Below are positions 12,697-24,545 of a stretch of 64,000 nt of DNA, one piece after another. The notes under the pieces are model-generated. The model saw only the letters and a list, made by a program, of their open reading frames with translations. It had not been told where the DNA came from and searched no databases. The DNA is from Utricularia gibba. Lineage: Eukaryota; Plantae; Magnoliophyta. The stretch spans positions 2,429,953 to 2,493,952 of the forward strand of contig NEEC01000018.1 in the NCBI GenBank assembly GCA_002189035.1. The letters are read 5' to 3'. Both the position numbers and the translations under genes were made by a program. Numbering within the stretch: position 1 is the first letter of the stretch; each line of letters opens with the position of its first letter.

Positions 12697-15337
12697 ATGG
12701 AGTATCTCCCCTCGACGACCATTTTCTCCGGATCATATTCCAGCGATGTTAGACAGCAAATGGAGATGTTTTGGGAGCAGATCAGGGTGCCTTTGATTGT
12801 CCCCGTACTCAAACTGGCGGTTTTCTTGTGCTTGTCGATGTCAGTCATGCTATTCATTGAGCGGGTGTATATGGCGGTTGTGATAACTCTGGTGAAGGTG
12901 TTCGGCAGAAAGCCTGAGAGAAGATATAAATGGGAGCCATTGAAAGACGACGTGGAGCTTGGGAACTCTTCTCATCCAATGGTCCTTGTTCAAATTCCAA
13001 TGTACAATGAGAAAGAGGTGAGAGTCAGATATCCAATTCCCCGATGCCTGCTTGTGTATATTCCCAAGACCAAGCTCTTTGGTTCCTCTTTTCCAGGTTT
13101 ATCAGCTGTCGATTGGAGCTGCATGCGGACTCTCATGGCCGTCCGATAGGATTATAGTCCAAGTTCTTGATGACTCAACGGATCCCATCATCAAGGTAAC
13201 AGCAAACAAAGTTGCGCTTGCAGTGAAATCGGGAGATAATAAACTGAAACAAGTATTGTGTATGTGGGTGGGCGGCGGCAGAGCATGGTGGAGATGGAGT
13301 GCCAGAGATGGGCGAACAAAGGGATAAACATAAAATATGAGATCAGAGGCAATCGAAGTGGATACAAAGCTGGAGCTCTGAAAGAAGGACTGAAACACCC
13401 TTACGTCAAACAATGCGATTTCGTGGCCATCTTCGACGCTGATTTTCAACCAGAACCTGATTTCCTCTGCCGCACCATTCCCTTTCTGGTTCACAACCCG
13501 CAGCTGGCCCTCGTCCAATCCCGCTGGAAATTCGGTACTTAACCATCATTATCTTCAATAGAATCATACCCCATGTACGTAAGTGAGTGTTTTCAGAATG
13601 ATGCATATCCAAGCAAGTGTCTGTCGGTGAGCCTAGAGCCATGGGGAAAAGCCAATGGGTAGGTGGTAGGCATAAATACCCAACCACCCATTCTTCTCCC
13701 ACTAGTCAGTCACATGAGGAGGCTTTTTTTTGTGGGCTGGGCATATGTTTTTTATGCTAAAAATCTAACCCGTGGTCGGAGATTGTGGTGTGGTTCCTCA
13801 TCGGTCCTGGGCCATGTGAAGCGATAAAGTGCTTCATCAGGGAAGGACTTAAAGTGAAAGGAAACAAGGGATGATGGGACCGGGGCCGGGGCCGGGCCGG
13901 GATCGGGACCAGCAATCTTTGATTCCCAACCTACCAACTGATTGTGTTCCATCTTATCATTTTTCAGCAGCCCATGTCTTGTTGTGTAGTCATATAACAT
14001 GTGTTGAATAATTTTTGGTTAAAGTGAATGCGGACGAATGCCTGATGACCAGAATGCAAGAGATGTCGCTGGACTACCATTTCACCGTCGAGCAAGAAGT
14101 CGGCTCTTCCACATACGCCTTCTTTGGCTTCAACGGTGCACATCATGCAATAGTCATAATGTCCTTCTGGGTCAAGGCATGTAACAGTATTTTCTTAAAC
14201 TAGGGACCGCGGGGTGTGGCGATTGTCGGCCATTGGTGAAGCCGGAGGGTGGAAGGATCGTACCACGGTGGAGGACATGGACTTGGCGGTCCGTGCCAGC
14301 CTCAAGGGATGGAAGTTCTTGTATCTTGGCTCCTTGAAGGTACGCATGGGTAGGTGCTTCAATAATTGATAGGAGGAGGAGGTGGTGCGTGCGTGAGAGT
14401 AGAGGGCCTGGGTAGATAACCGGGCAGGGTGCTGTGGTGTGTAGGTGAAGAACGAGCTGCCGAGCACATTTAAAGCGTACAGGTATCAGCAGCACCGTTG
14501 GTCGTGTGGTCCAGCAAACCTTTTCAGGAAAATGGTGATGGAGATTATAAAGAATAAGGTTAGGTGAAGCAGTCATAATTAAGGCATCGCACTTCATTGA
14601 TGATGTCTAATGATGATTGACTCGGCAGAAAGTGTCGGCGTGGAAGAAGGTCCATGTGATCTACAGCTTCTTCTTCGTCAGGAAGATTGTCGCCCACATC
14701 GTCACGTTCGTCTTCTACTGTGTTGTGCTCCCTGCCTCTGTGTTGGTACCCGAAGTCGAGATTCCTAAATGGGGCGCGGTCTACGTACCCTGCGTCATCA
14801 CCCTCCTCAACGCCGTCGGAACTCCAAGGTAAACAACGGTGGGGATTTTCGAATTGCTTTAGAAAGAAGATGAATGGGACAGGGGTGATCCGTGGATCAG
14901 GTCTCTGCATCTGCTGGTGTTCTGGATTCTTTTCGAGAACGTGATGTCGCTTCACCGGACGAAAGCCACCTTCATCGGACTGCTGGAGGCTGGGAGAGTT
15001 AACGAGTGGATCGTCACGGAGAAACTCGGTGACGCACGCAAGTTCAAAAGCGCCGTTAAGAAGCCCAGGTTTAGGATCGGAGAGAGGTAACCGGCACCGA
15101 CCATCTTTCTCAAAGAAAAAAAGAAACATATCTTTTTACTGTTATTATATCTGCTGCCGGCGATGGGAATAGGTTTCATTTACTGGAGATGGCGACGGGG
15201 GGTACCTGTTGCTGTGTGGCTGCTACGACGTCTTTTATGGGAGAAGCCATTACTTCCTATACCTGTTCGTACAGGCGGCGGCATTCTTCGTCGCGGGATT
15301 TGGGTATATCGGCACCTTCATCCCATCTTCGACTTAG
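12697..15337 (+). CDS. CSLA9: Cellulose synthase-like A glucomannan 4-beta-mannosyltransferase (CSLA9-like); two apparent 1-nt deletions in G runs (14211-14214, 15197-15202)
   Basis: [54 protein letters not shown] (QxxRW), FENVMSLHR and EWIVTEKLG; nine GT-AG exons traced. Confidence 0.92.
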
Positions 15338-16307
15338 GGGCTGTGAACCGCCGGTGCTCAGTCCGCCGCCGTGGCCCTTCTTTATACAGGCCCCTTGCTG
15401 CTTTTCAATTGATGATGCTTGTGTATTGCAATTCACAGATTCTTGTTCCACCCCAAACTCAAAGCCCTTTCTTTTTGAAGTCACAAAGCGCAATGATTTG
15501 AATACAGAGTAAAATTGGTTCAAAATACCTAAAAAACAAAAAAAAAAGCTTCGACCAATCGAAAACTTGCACAGCTGATCCTCTTCCTCGGCACATGTTT
15601 CTTCTCATCGTCGGTCGACCGGAAAAGTCTCAACTCCGCTCTTCGCCAATATAATGGATTCAATTCAAAATTGGATTAAATTAAATCTAAATCCATGATT
15701 TTTTTTAATTTCATTCCAATAACTTATTAAAAAAATCTATAAATTAAAAATATTATATTTAAACACAATTCGAAACATTTTTTAATTGAAAGTATAGATT
15801 GGTTTTAAAAGGCTGGGCCAAGTATTTGAGGTCAGCTTAAACTCCTCAGAGTCCAATTCAAGAAAATCGGGGTGTTTCAAACATGGGCCCAAACCTGAGC
15901 CCAAGGAGATTGGATAACGCAGATAAGGATCCTTCACTAAACTTCCAAGGAGAAAACTGGCCACCGGTCTTCGTAGGTCGGGTCCTCATTTTCGCCGGTG
16001 AGTTTCACTTTCAGCATTCGTCTACTTATCCGTGCCATCACAACTCTGCCGTTTATTTTCACGATATTCAAGGAGGCTGGAGTTTTCGTTGATTCTTTCT
16101 AGTGTTTTTCTGTTGTACTCCGTGCGAGGAAGTCCCTGTTTTCTGATGCGTGTCGAGGCGATATGTGAATATTGAGGAAAATTAATTGGTTATGTTGCTA
16201 ATTGAGTTCTAGGCCTGTGATATGTGCTCTATTTGTTTTTTTCAGTGTGCAAATTGTCGCGAGTGGGGGCGGCAGATTTGTTTGCAAACTGACATTCTTC
16301 AGGAGAT

Positions 16308-17291
16308 ATGGAGGGTAGTCGCCAAGGCAGCTGCAGCGTAATGTGGTTCTTTAAAGACAAGGGTTTTGATGATAACAGCATCCACGAAATGTCTCGGCGG
16401 TGCAAGCGCCTGGAGGATGTGGACCGTGTGCAGGCATCTGAAAACTGGGAGTACTTGAAAAGCATAGGCATCCAGGAAAGGAAGCTTCCGGCGATAGTTG
16501 GAAAATGCCCCAAAATTCTGACTCTAGACTTGCGGGAGAAGCTCATTCCGATGGTTCAGTGTCTTGCATCTCTGGAGACAAAACCAAATGAGTTAGCTTC
16601 TGTCATTGCAAAGTTTCCCCATATACTCCTGCACAGGCTAGAAGAGAAGCTCTGTCCTCTCCTAGCCTTTTTTGAAGCTCTCGGCGCTCCTGAGAAGCAT
16701 CTCGGTAAAATTATACTTCTGAACCCCAGAGTCATTAGTTATAGCATTGAAACGAAGCTCTCAAAAACTGTTGATTTTCTTGCCTCCATCGGTCTTTATG
16801 AGGATGGAATGATTGGTAAAATTCTGGTGAAGCATCCATGTATCATGAGCTATAGTGTCAGCAAACGATTGCAGCCGACTTATGACTTCCTGAAATCATT
16901 GGGTCTGTCGGTGCCCCAACTCCAGCGAGTTGCCTTAAACTTCCCTGAAGTTTTATGCCGAGATGTTGACAAGATCCTTAAGCCTAATGCTCTCTACCTG
17001 AAGTCATGTGGGTTCGATGGAGGTCAGATAACTGCCGTGGTGGCTGGTTATCCTCCGGTGCTGATCAAGAGCGTGGGTAACTCTTTAGAACCAAGAATCA
17101 AATTTCTGAGGCACGGAATGGGCAGAAAAATCCATGAAATTGTAGAGTATCCGGATTTTTTTAGGCATAGCTTAAAGAGGAGGTTGGAGTTCAGGCATAA
17201 GATGTTGAGCCAGAAGCAGATAACCTGTAGCTTGAGTGAAATGTTGGACTGCAACCATGGAAAATTCATGGCGAGATTTGGCTTCGTTTAG
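16308..17291 (+). CDS. MTERF6: Mitochondrial transcription termination factor family protein mTERF6-like
   Basis: Intact 327-aa ORF of mTERF repeats; MWFFKDKGFDD..ASENWEYL..GIQERKLP..CPKILTL matches recalled At4g38160. Confidence 0.9.
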   Translation: MEGSRQGSCSVMWFFKDKGFDDNSIHEMSRRCKRLEDVDRVQASENWEYLKSIGIQERKLPAIVGKCPKILTLDLREKLIPMVQCLASLETKPNELASVIAKFPHILLHRLEEKLCPLLAFFEALGAPEKHLGKIILLNPRVISYSIETKLSKTVDFLASIGLYEDGMIGKILVKHPCIMSYSVSKRLQPTYDFLKSLGLSVPQLQRVALNFPEVLCRDVDKILKPNALYLKSCGFDGGQITAVVAGYPPVLIKSVGNSLEPRIKFLRHGMGRKIHEIVEYPDFFRHSLKRRLEFRHKMLSQKQITCSLSEMLDCNHGKFMARFGFV

Positions 17292-18271
17292 GTGGTTGTG
17301 TTGCTCTTTCTCCACCTGGATATGGCTTGTATCCATTACTCAAATGGACTTCGTATGTGTATTTATTTCTATGCATAGTTGAGGCTTTCTTCTCTCTTTT
17401 TTAAAGGAACTTGGCACTCGCAAACACAAGCCATGTTTGATTTTGGAGGATGCATGCAAACAGTGTTGGGCCATTCTTGAAAAAAGAACAATGAATTATG
17501 GGCTGGAGCTGAATGTGATTATGAACGCTTCTTGGGCCCACTGAAAGAACGAGGCCCAGGCTGGCCTTAGGTGTACAATCATCGATCGCTGGGAAGCGGA
17601 CATTCCGCCGTGTTCTTCCTCCTCCTCTACCGTAAAATTTCTGACAGTTTGGACCGGCATATCTTCGCGGGGAATGCCCCGGGTCCCGGATGACCGATAT
17701 TCCGCCGTCTTCTTCCCATTTGAGCAACAGGACAGAGGCAGATAGGTGGTGAGCTATTATCCATGTTGCAATCGAGGCCTAAGATGAGTCCAAAGCCACT
17801 GGTACGTGAGTCATTTGGTTGAGTTGAGTTATCATCACGTGGACCCGAAAGCAACTATACGTATGCATGTATGTATGTATGTATAGTGTGTTGTAAGGGC
17901 TTTTTCTCCAACCCACGAAGCCTAGAGGCTGGTGTATCCAATCTTCTTCACCATGTGGGTGTATCGCTGCAACAACAACGATATGGTCGATGAATCCCGG
18001 TGTTTTGGACCTTTCACACGGCGTGGTGTCGTGGGGGAGGGACCCTCGCCGCTGTAAATGTCTCCTCCAAAGCAGCTCACACCTTACAATAATCACATGG
18101 CACATTAAGACAGCTAAAGCTGGGAAGACACGCGTGTCCGATATACAGAGGTAATGGAATACAGGAGCAACGTTACATATCAACCTTCCCTTCCTAGAAT
18201 CAAATCACACTTCGGAACATCAAACCCATCACAGATCTTTTACACGAGCCACATGTCTGTCACCAACGCTG

Positions 18272-19167
18272 TTACTTCTCCTTTGTTTCTAAGTTCAGGT
18301 TCAATTCTTCCAGTTTCTTCAGCCTCATCTGCTCGCTCTCGCTCAGCAGCTGCGTGCAAATAACAAGGTTTGTATTTCTCGCTCAAAGAAAAGACAAGTT
18401 ATGCTTGGCATCACCTCCATCAGCCTCGCGATGAGTAGCGATTTTTCCTTGGTCCTCTCGTTGAGTACTTCAAGGGCTTCCTTGTGTTCTTTCTCCTGTT
18501 ATCGATCACAAACAGCGGAGAGTATCAGGAACCAAAAACGGAGTAGAGCAGAAATAACTACTTCCCGTCTGTACCTTCTTCCGGCAGGTGACTCCAAGTG
18601 TTTTCAAGTCCTTGTCTGCAGCTTCAATTTTCTTTCGAACGAGAGACACCTCTTTCTTCAGGGGTCCCCAGAGTTTCCAATTCCTGGTAATTAAGAGACG
18701 AAGAAGATAATAGCTACGGAAATGCAGGATTTTTTCAGCTGGATGAGAATCTAGTGAATCTGATTCACATAAGATGATTAGGACAAGAAATGATTTTTTT
18801 CCAGCCTGGGTAAGAAAGAGAAGCTGTACCATACCAAGGAAAACATCTACCGGCGGTTTAACTACAGGCAAGACCTAAAAAAGAGCTAGATACCGGGGGT
18901 TGAAATATTGAGGCTAATCGAAGGCAAGACCTCAAGAATCGTGGAGAGGCGCTTGGTTTCTTCTTCAATACGGCCGAGCTGCGCCTGGACTTTTTCTTTG
19001 ACTTCCGTCTTCCTCTTCCGGATCTCTTCCTCTTTGGCCCTGTAAGCCGAAAGAGCAGACTTGGTCATCTCCTCGTCCACCTCCGCCGTGGGCCTGCGGA
19101 AGCTGGAATCCCCCAAAACTTGGTCGGAATGATCCGATACAACACCCTCTGACACTGCATCGGCCAT
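18272..19167 (-). CDS. DUF662 / RAB6-interacting-golgin-like coiled-coil protein; apparent double deletion at 18661-18669
   Basis: Four exons: SALSAYRAKEEEI..QAQLGRIEEETKRL; ELETLG(D)PLKKEVSLVRKKI..TCRKK; EKEHKEALE..; LLSESEQMRLKKLEELN*. Restoring the conserved GDPL needs +1 G and +1 C. Confidence 0.85.
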
Positions 19168-19911
19168 TAAAAGCAAGCAAACCCAGGCTTTTCTTCTCCT
19201 CTCCTCTCCTCTCCTCTCCTCTTCTTCCTTTTGGAGGCGACTGGGTGTTCTTTTAGCCAATCACAGCATGGCGCTGTCAAGCTGCTCGTCGGGTGACAGG
19301 GAAATAAGAAAGAATAGAAGCCCTGTTTTTATTTATTTTAAAAAAAATCTAAAAACTAAAAGCTAAGTTGGATTTTCTTTCTTTTATTTTGAAGGGTAGC
19401 TTATTTTGTTGTATTCATGGAGATGGAGCTTTTAATATTTAAATAGATTATTTATTCCACTTCACTGCTCTGCTCACGGCTCACAGTGAATGATAAGACA
19501 TTCGGCAGGTGAATATTGTATTATTCCTTGGTACGAGAAGTGTGTCTTGTCCTCGGAAACCTTGTCTTGCAAAACTAGCGCCAGCCACTGGGGCTCTCCT
19601 TGTAGGTGATGTGCAGAATGGGAGCATGAACAAGCCCGCCCGCCCGAGAGGGTTGGCCTCTTCTTCACTCATCGGCCAAGGCATGCATGATGCATGATGC
19701 ACTCACCAGTCACCACTGCTGTTGGCTGCTGGCTGCTCTAAGAGGGTGCAGAAACCATGAATGACAGAGGTCCCTCCCTGTACCACCCTTCCTGTAGACA
19801 TGCCGCCACATTTTTCCAACAGACGGGATCCTCGATCCAATGAATACATAACAAGCGACAAAATGGGGGAACCACAACACAGTGGCTGGATGCAATAATA
19901 AAATCACTTAC

Positions 19912-20171
19912 GCTGGCTGTCCATCGACCGGAGAGCAACGTCATTTTTACCCCAACAAAGTGCTTGGTCATGACTTTCGGCATAGGTAACACGCTTCTCG
20001 AGCCACCATGTGTGAGAAAGAGTGTGCACGATGCCTCCCCTTCTTCAATTTTCAGGTGTACTAACTATCAACCACAGAATTTCAGACAGCTTGCTTGAGC
20101 CTTGCTATCCACTTGTCTGTAATTTCCATGCGTAAACGGAAACCAATCCCAACTCCACCATCTTGGACAGG
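19912..20171 (-). pseudogene. SBE2: Starch branching enzyme II (GH13) pseudogene fragment
   Basis: Translates [26 protein letters not shown] / [31 protein letters not shown]..MD against SBE2 [26 protein letters not shown] / [32 protein letters not shown]. W-to-TGA at 20045-20047, local indels, and an intron at the expected place. Confidence 0.85.
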
Positions 20172-20781
20172 TTTGCCAATGTGCAAACTGGGAGCAATAG
20201 AACAGATTCATTTTCAACAGATGAGGAGTGAGGACTATCTATGAATACTGGGCTCAATGAGGCCCATTTTGATGGGCTATCGTTTTGGGTTATAATTGGG
20301 CTTAAATCTCGATCCCTTCGTCGACTTGGAACAACTTTTGATTCCTCCCTCTGCTCTTCGTGTCTGGTGTCTGTTCTCTAGGTCAGATCATATAGACGAG
20401 CATTCTCCTTCGGGGTGATTAGTATATTCCGAGAAATTCTAGTCAGGTAAAGCATCATTTGTTCGCTAACTCCAGCTGATCACGAAGAGTGAGCTGATCT
20501 TGTTGACTTTTTGTTTGAATTTCTTTATCTCCGCCCCTGTTAATATTTTTCCTGAAGTTCTCATGCGTGTAAATCTGAATTCTTTATGGCTTCTAAATTC
20601 TTCAAGTACCAAATCTGATTAGTTAGTCAGTTAGCCGTGATTGAGGGGACATACCTGAATTTGTTTAAGTAAGCTTCTAGCCTGCGGATTCCCGGCATAT
20701 GATTCTGGTGCCTGTAAATTATTACGTGCGCAAGTTCAATGTCAAATGAATCATTCTCAGGAGAGAGACTAGTCGATACAG

Positions 20782-23700
20782 ATGGCTGAGGCAGAAGACA
20801 ACAGTGTGCTGTTTACCATTTTCGTCTTGACTATAATCTTGCTTCCTCTTGTGCCGTATACTGTTGTCAACATTTACCAGAATTTCAAAAAGAAGAAGTC
20901 CAGCATAAATTGCCGTTGCTCAGCCTGCTTTCGATCGGGAAAGTACTGGAAATCCATACTCAAGCAGGCAAATTGTTCATTCTTGACTTCTCATTATGTC
21001 TTATATGGCTGCTGGACTTCTCCTCATTCGTCTTTGTTTTCATGATATGCCAGATTTCAAACTTTTCAACTTACAGTAACTTGACAGTAGTATTGCTTTG
21101 GGTTGTTGTGGTGCTACTGGTGTGCTACATCAGGCATACAAACACCGAGGTACAACCTTTTTTTATTTGAACTGTTATCAAGCATGGGCATTGATCTCCT
21201 CCGAGAATCTGTTGTACGTTTTCACGTGTTTTTGTCATCCTCGCCTCTGAAATATGAGTTTGAATGATTTTGTTGCCAGGTCAATATTTTTGATCCGTTT
21301 AGCATACTTGGATTAGAGTCGGGAGCTTCAGAATCAGAAATAAAAAAGGCGTACAGGAAACTTTCCGTATTGTACCATCCTGATAAAAACCCTGACCCAG
21401 GTTTATGTTATCAAGTATATTTTGTTGTTTTCTCTAACCACGCAAAGGTACTAGTTCTCAATTCTTCAGATGATTAACTATTTCCTAACCTTTCTTTTCA
21501 GATGCGCATAAATATTTTGTAAATTCTATCTCAAAGGCTTATCAGGCATTAACTGATCCTGTCTCACGGGAAAACTATGAAAAATATGGCCATCCTGATG
21601 GTAGACAGGTATTTGATTTTTGTAACAAAATTAATAATACAGAAATTACTACCGTTTCTTTTGAGTTCTCTTAGTTGGGGATGAAATTAATGTGCTTGCT
21701 ACTGTCCAGTTGTTGATACAGAAAAAAATTGGTTCAAATGCTTTTTTTTAACATCCAGGGCCTGCAAATGGGAATCGCCCTGCCCCAGTTTCTTCTTGAT
21801 ATTGATGGTACTTCTGGTGGAATTTTGATACTTGGAATTGTAGGGGTTTGCATTATCCTACCCCTGACGATAGCAGTGATATATTTGTCAAGGTCTTCCA
21901 AATATACTGGAAACTATGTTATGCACCACACCATGTATGCTTATTACCATTTTATGAAGCCATCATTAGCTCCAAGGTACCCATCTGAAAACATATTGCC
22001 TGTTGGGTCATATTTTATTATCAGGACGTTGGTTGAATAGAATTTGATAGTATTGTGCCTTTTTCACCTACAAATGGTTCATTTAGAGTTTTGCCTTCAC
22101 TTTCTGGTCCTAAATGATTTCACGGCATGGCTAGCTGTTTTATCCCTTAGGCATATGATCCTCTGCACTAGTTTTTTTTTTATTATTGAAATTCCTCATT
22201 TCTTGTCTCTTATTCCTATTTTGTCCACATGTTACAGCAAGGTTATGGAAGTTTTCACCCGGGCTGCTGAATACATGGAAATTCCAGTACGCAGAACAGA
22301 TGAAGAGACACTTCAGAAACTGTTTCTGTTAGTCCGAAGTGAGTTAAATCTTGATCTCAGAAATATTCGACAGGAACAAGCCAAGTTTTGGAAGCAGCAT
22401 CCTGCTTTGGTGAAGGTAAAATCATAGTCTCTTAACCTTTTCCAGTATTTTGATAGGCTTCTCTTTCAATTATTTCTGATTTTTCTGGCAGTCAGAATTG
22501 CTGTTGCAAGCGCATTTGACTCGTGAAACTGCAACCTTATCACCACATCTGCAAGGTGATTTAAGGAAAATGCTTTCACTGGCTCCTCGTCTTCTTGAAG
22601 AACTAATGAAGGTAATTCATCTTACTGCGGATGAGTTTCACATTAGGGTTCAGGTGCTAGTCTCTCGTTCAGTGGTTGTTTCAAATAGTTACTGTTTAGT
22701 TGGTTGAAATGTTCACTCCTAAATTTGTCTTATTTTAGGAGCTATTCTCACATAGATGACCATGTAATGTCTGTTTGTCACAGATGGCTATTATTCCGCG
22801 CACACAAAAGGGTTATGGATGGTTAAGACCTGCAATTGGAGTGGTGGAGCTATCCCAAAGTATCATTCAGGTAGATTTTCTTGAGAGTTGTCTGTAGTCA
22901 GTGGTCACGGTCCTTTTTATTCAATTGTGAGCTTGTTGAAACTACTTGGGAAGTAAGGCCGTTTCAAATGCAGGCTGTGCCTCTCAGTACAAGGAAGGCT
23001 ACTGGAGGATCAAGTGAAGGTTATGGCCCATTCCTCCAGCTGCCGCACTTCAGTGAATCTGTGGTCAAAAAGATTGCTAGAAAGGTGGCTTTTTGTTTTT
23101 GTTGAAAACTGCGTGGATGTATTCGCTTGTGCCCCGCACTGTATTTTTAAGGCCCATTTTACTTTGTGCAGAAAGTTCGTTCTTTCCATGACTTACGTCA
23201 AATGAAACCAGAAGAGCGTTCAGAGCTTTTGACTCAAGTGGCAGGTTTCTCTGCTGAAGAATCTCAAGATGTGGAGTTGGCACTTGAGATGATGCCTTCC
23301 ATTGTGGTTGACATTACCTGCGAGACAGAAGGAGAAGAAGGGATTCAAGAGGGTGATATTGTCACTATGCAAACCTGGATTACTCTCAGTCGTCCAAATG
23401 GCTTGATCCGTGCCTTGCCTCATTCTCCGTTCTTCCCCTTTGACAAGGAGGAAAATTTCTGGTTATTGCTGGCTGACTCTGCCTCAAACGATGTATGGAT
23501 GTCACAAAAGATCAATTTCATGGACGAGATGACGGCCATAACTGCAGTGTCAAAAGCAATTCAGGAGCTCAAGGAGGGATCTGGTGCCAGTGCTAGGGAA
23601 ATGAAAGCAGCCGTAAAAGAAGCTATTGATAAGGTGAAGGCCGGTTCACGGCTGGTTATGGCCAAGTTCCAGGCCCCTTCAGAGGGAAACTATAATTTAA

Positions 23701-23993
23701 CCTCTTTCTGCCTGTGCGACTCATGGATTGGTTGTGATGCGAAGACGAACATCCGCTTGAAGGTCCTGAGACGTAGCCGGGCCGGAACTAGGACCATAAC
23801 CAATGCAGATGAGGCTCATATCCCAGAAGATGGGGGCGAAGAGGAAGATGAGGAGGGAGAAGAGGAGTACGATGATGACTATGAAAGCGAATACAGTGAA
23901 GATGATGATGCCAAGGGCGGAGCAGTTGCCAACGGCTCTGCCCATGTAGAAGACCAGGATGGATCAGGTTCTGATGCTTCTGAAACTGACTAA
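20782..23993 (+). CDS. ERDJ2: Sec63-type ER translocon J-domain protein ERdj2
   Basis: N-terminal TM segments, J domain [41 protein letters not shown], Sec63 domain and acidic C-terminus; exons traced in frame. Confidence 0.95.
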
Positions 23994-24176
23994 TTCTTTC
24001 TTATTGGTGGCCTGGCCTCACTTATGAATGGTGTTTCAGACGTAGTACCAAATCTTAAATTTTGAGGATTGAGTTGATTAAATTTCCTGCGTCATGTACA
24101 CGAATAAATACATAAAGAAGCGTTTTGGAGCAGTGGGAGGGAAAGCTATGAGACATGGACAACAGGGGCATAACTA

Positions 24177-24545
24177 CTAAGAAGCTGGTTTGGGCAAGTC
24201 TGGAATGTGGATTGGAGTAGCTGCGTGGTATGCCGTGGGCGTAAATGCGGGGGAATGAATCCTGATTACCAAGCCGGGGAAAACGTCATCAGGGTCGTGT
24301 ATGTGTGGATTCTCCTCGACGATGAACGGGTCACCGCATTTCTCTCCGATGCTCTGCAGCGTCTCGCCTTCCTTCACCACGTATATCTCATCGCACCCAC
24401 CAGCATCGCGATGATGAATCTCTGGCAGAAGAAACTCGCCTCGACCTCCTCTTCCACCGTCGCAGCAGGTGAGGACCAACGCCAGAGCCAGCAGCCCGGT
24501 CCAGTAACAACACGCAACAGCAGCTCCCAGCACAAACCTCCCCAT
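24177..24545 (-). CDS. Small secreted single-LysM domain protein (LysMe type)
   Basis: Hydrophobic N-terminus, then CDEIYVVKEGETLQSIGEKCGDPFIVEENPHIHDPDDVFPGLVIRI. Confidence 0.9.
   Translation of the reverse strand: MGRFVLGAAVACCYWTGLLALALVLTCCDGGRGGRGEFLLPEIHHRDAGGCDEIYVVKEGETLQSIGEKCGDPFIVEENPHIHDPDDVFPGLVIRIHSPAFTPTAYHAATPIHIPDLPKPAS

Noticed and set aside
14692-14701. CCCACATCG as a snRNA or telomerase RNA USE element (also gatcccacag near 58391)
   Set aside because: The first lies in a CSLA9 exon and the second is an incomplete match; no snRNA or TR body could be recognised downstream of either.
17600-18183. Short ORFs between mTERF6 and DUF662 (e.g. 17779-18183; minus-strand GDIYSGEGPSPTTPRR..)
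   Set aside because: No credible start or splice context and no recognisable homology; left as intergenic.
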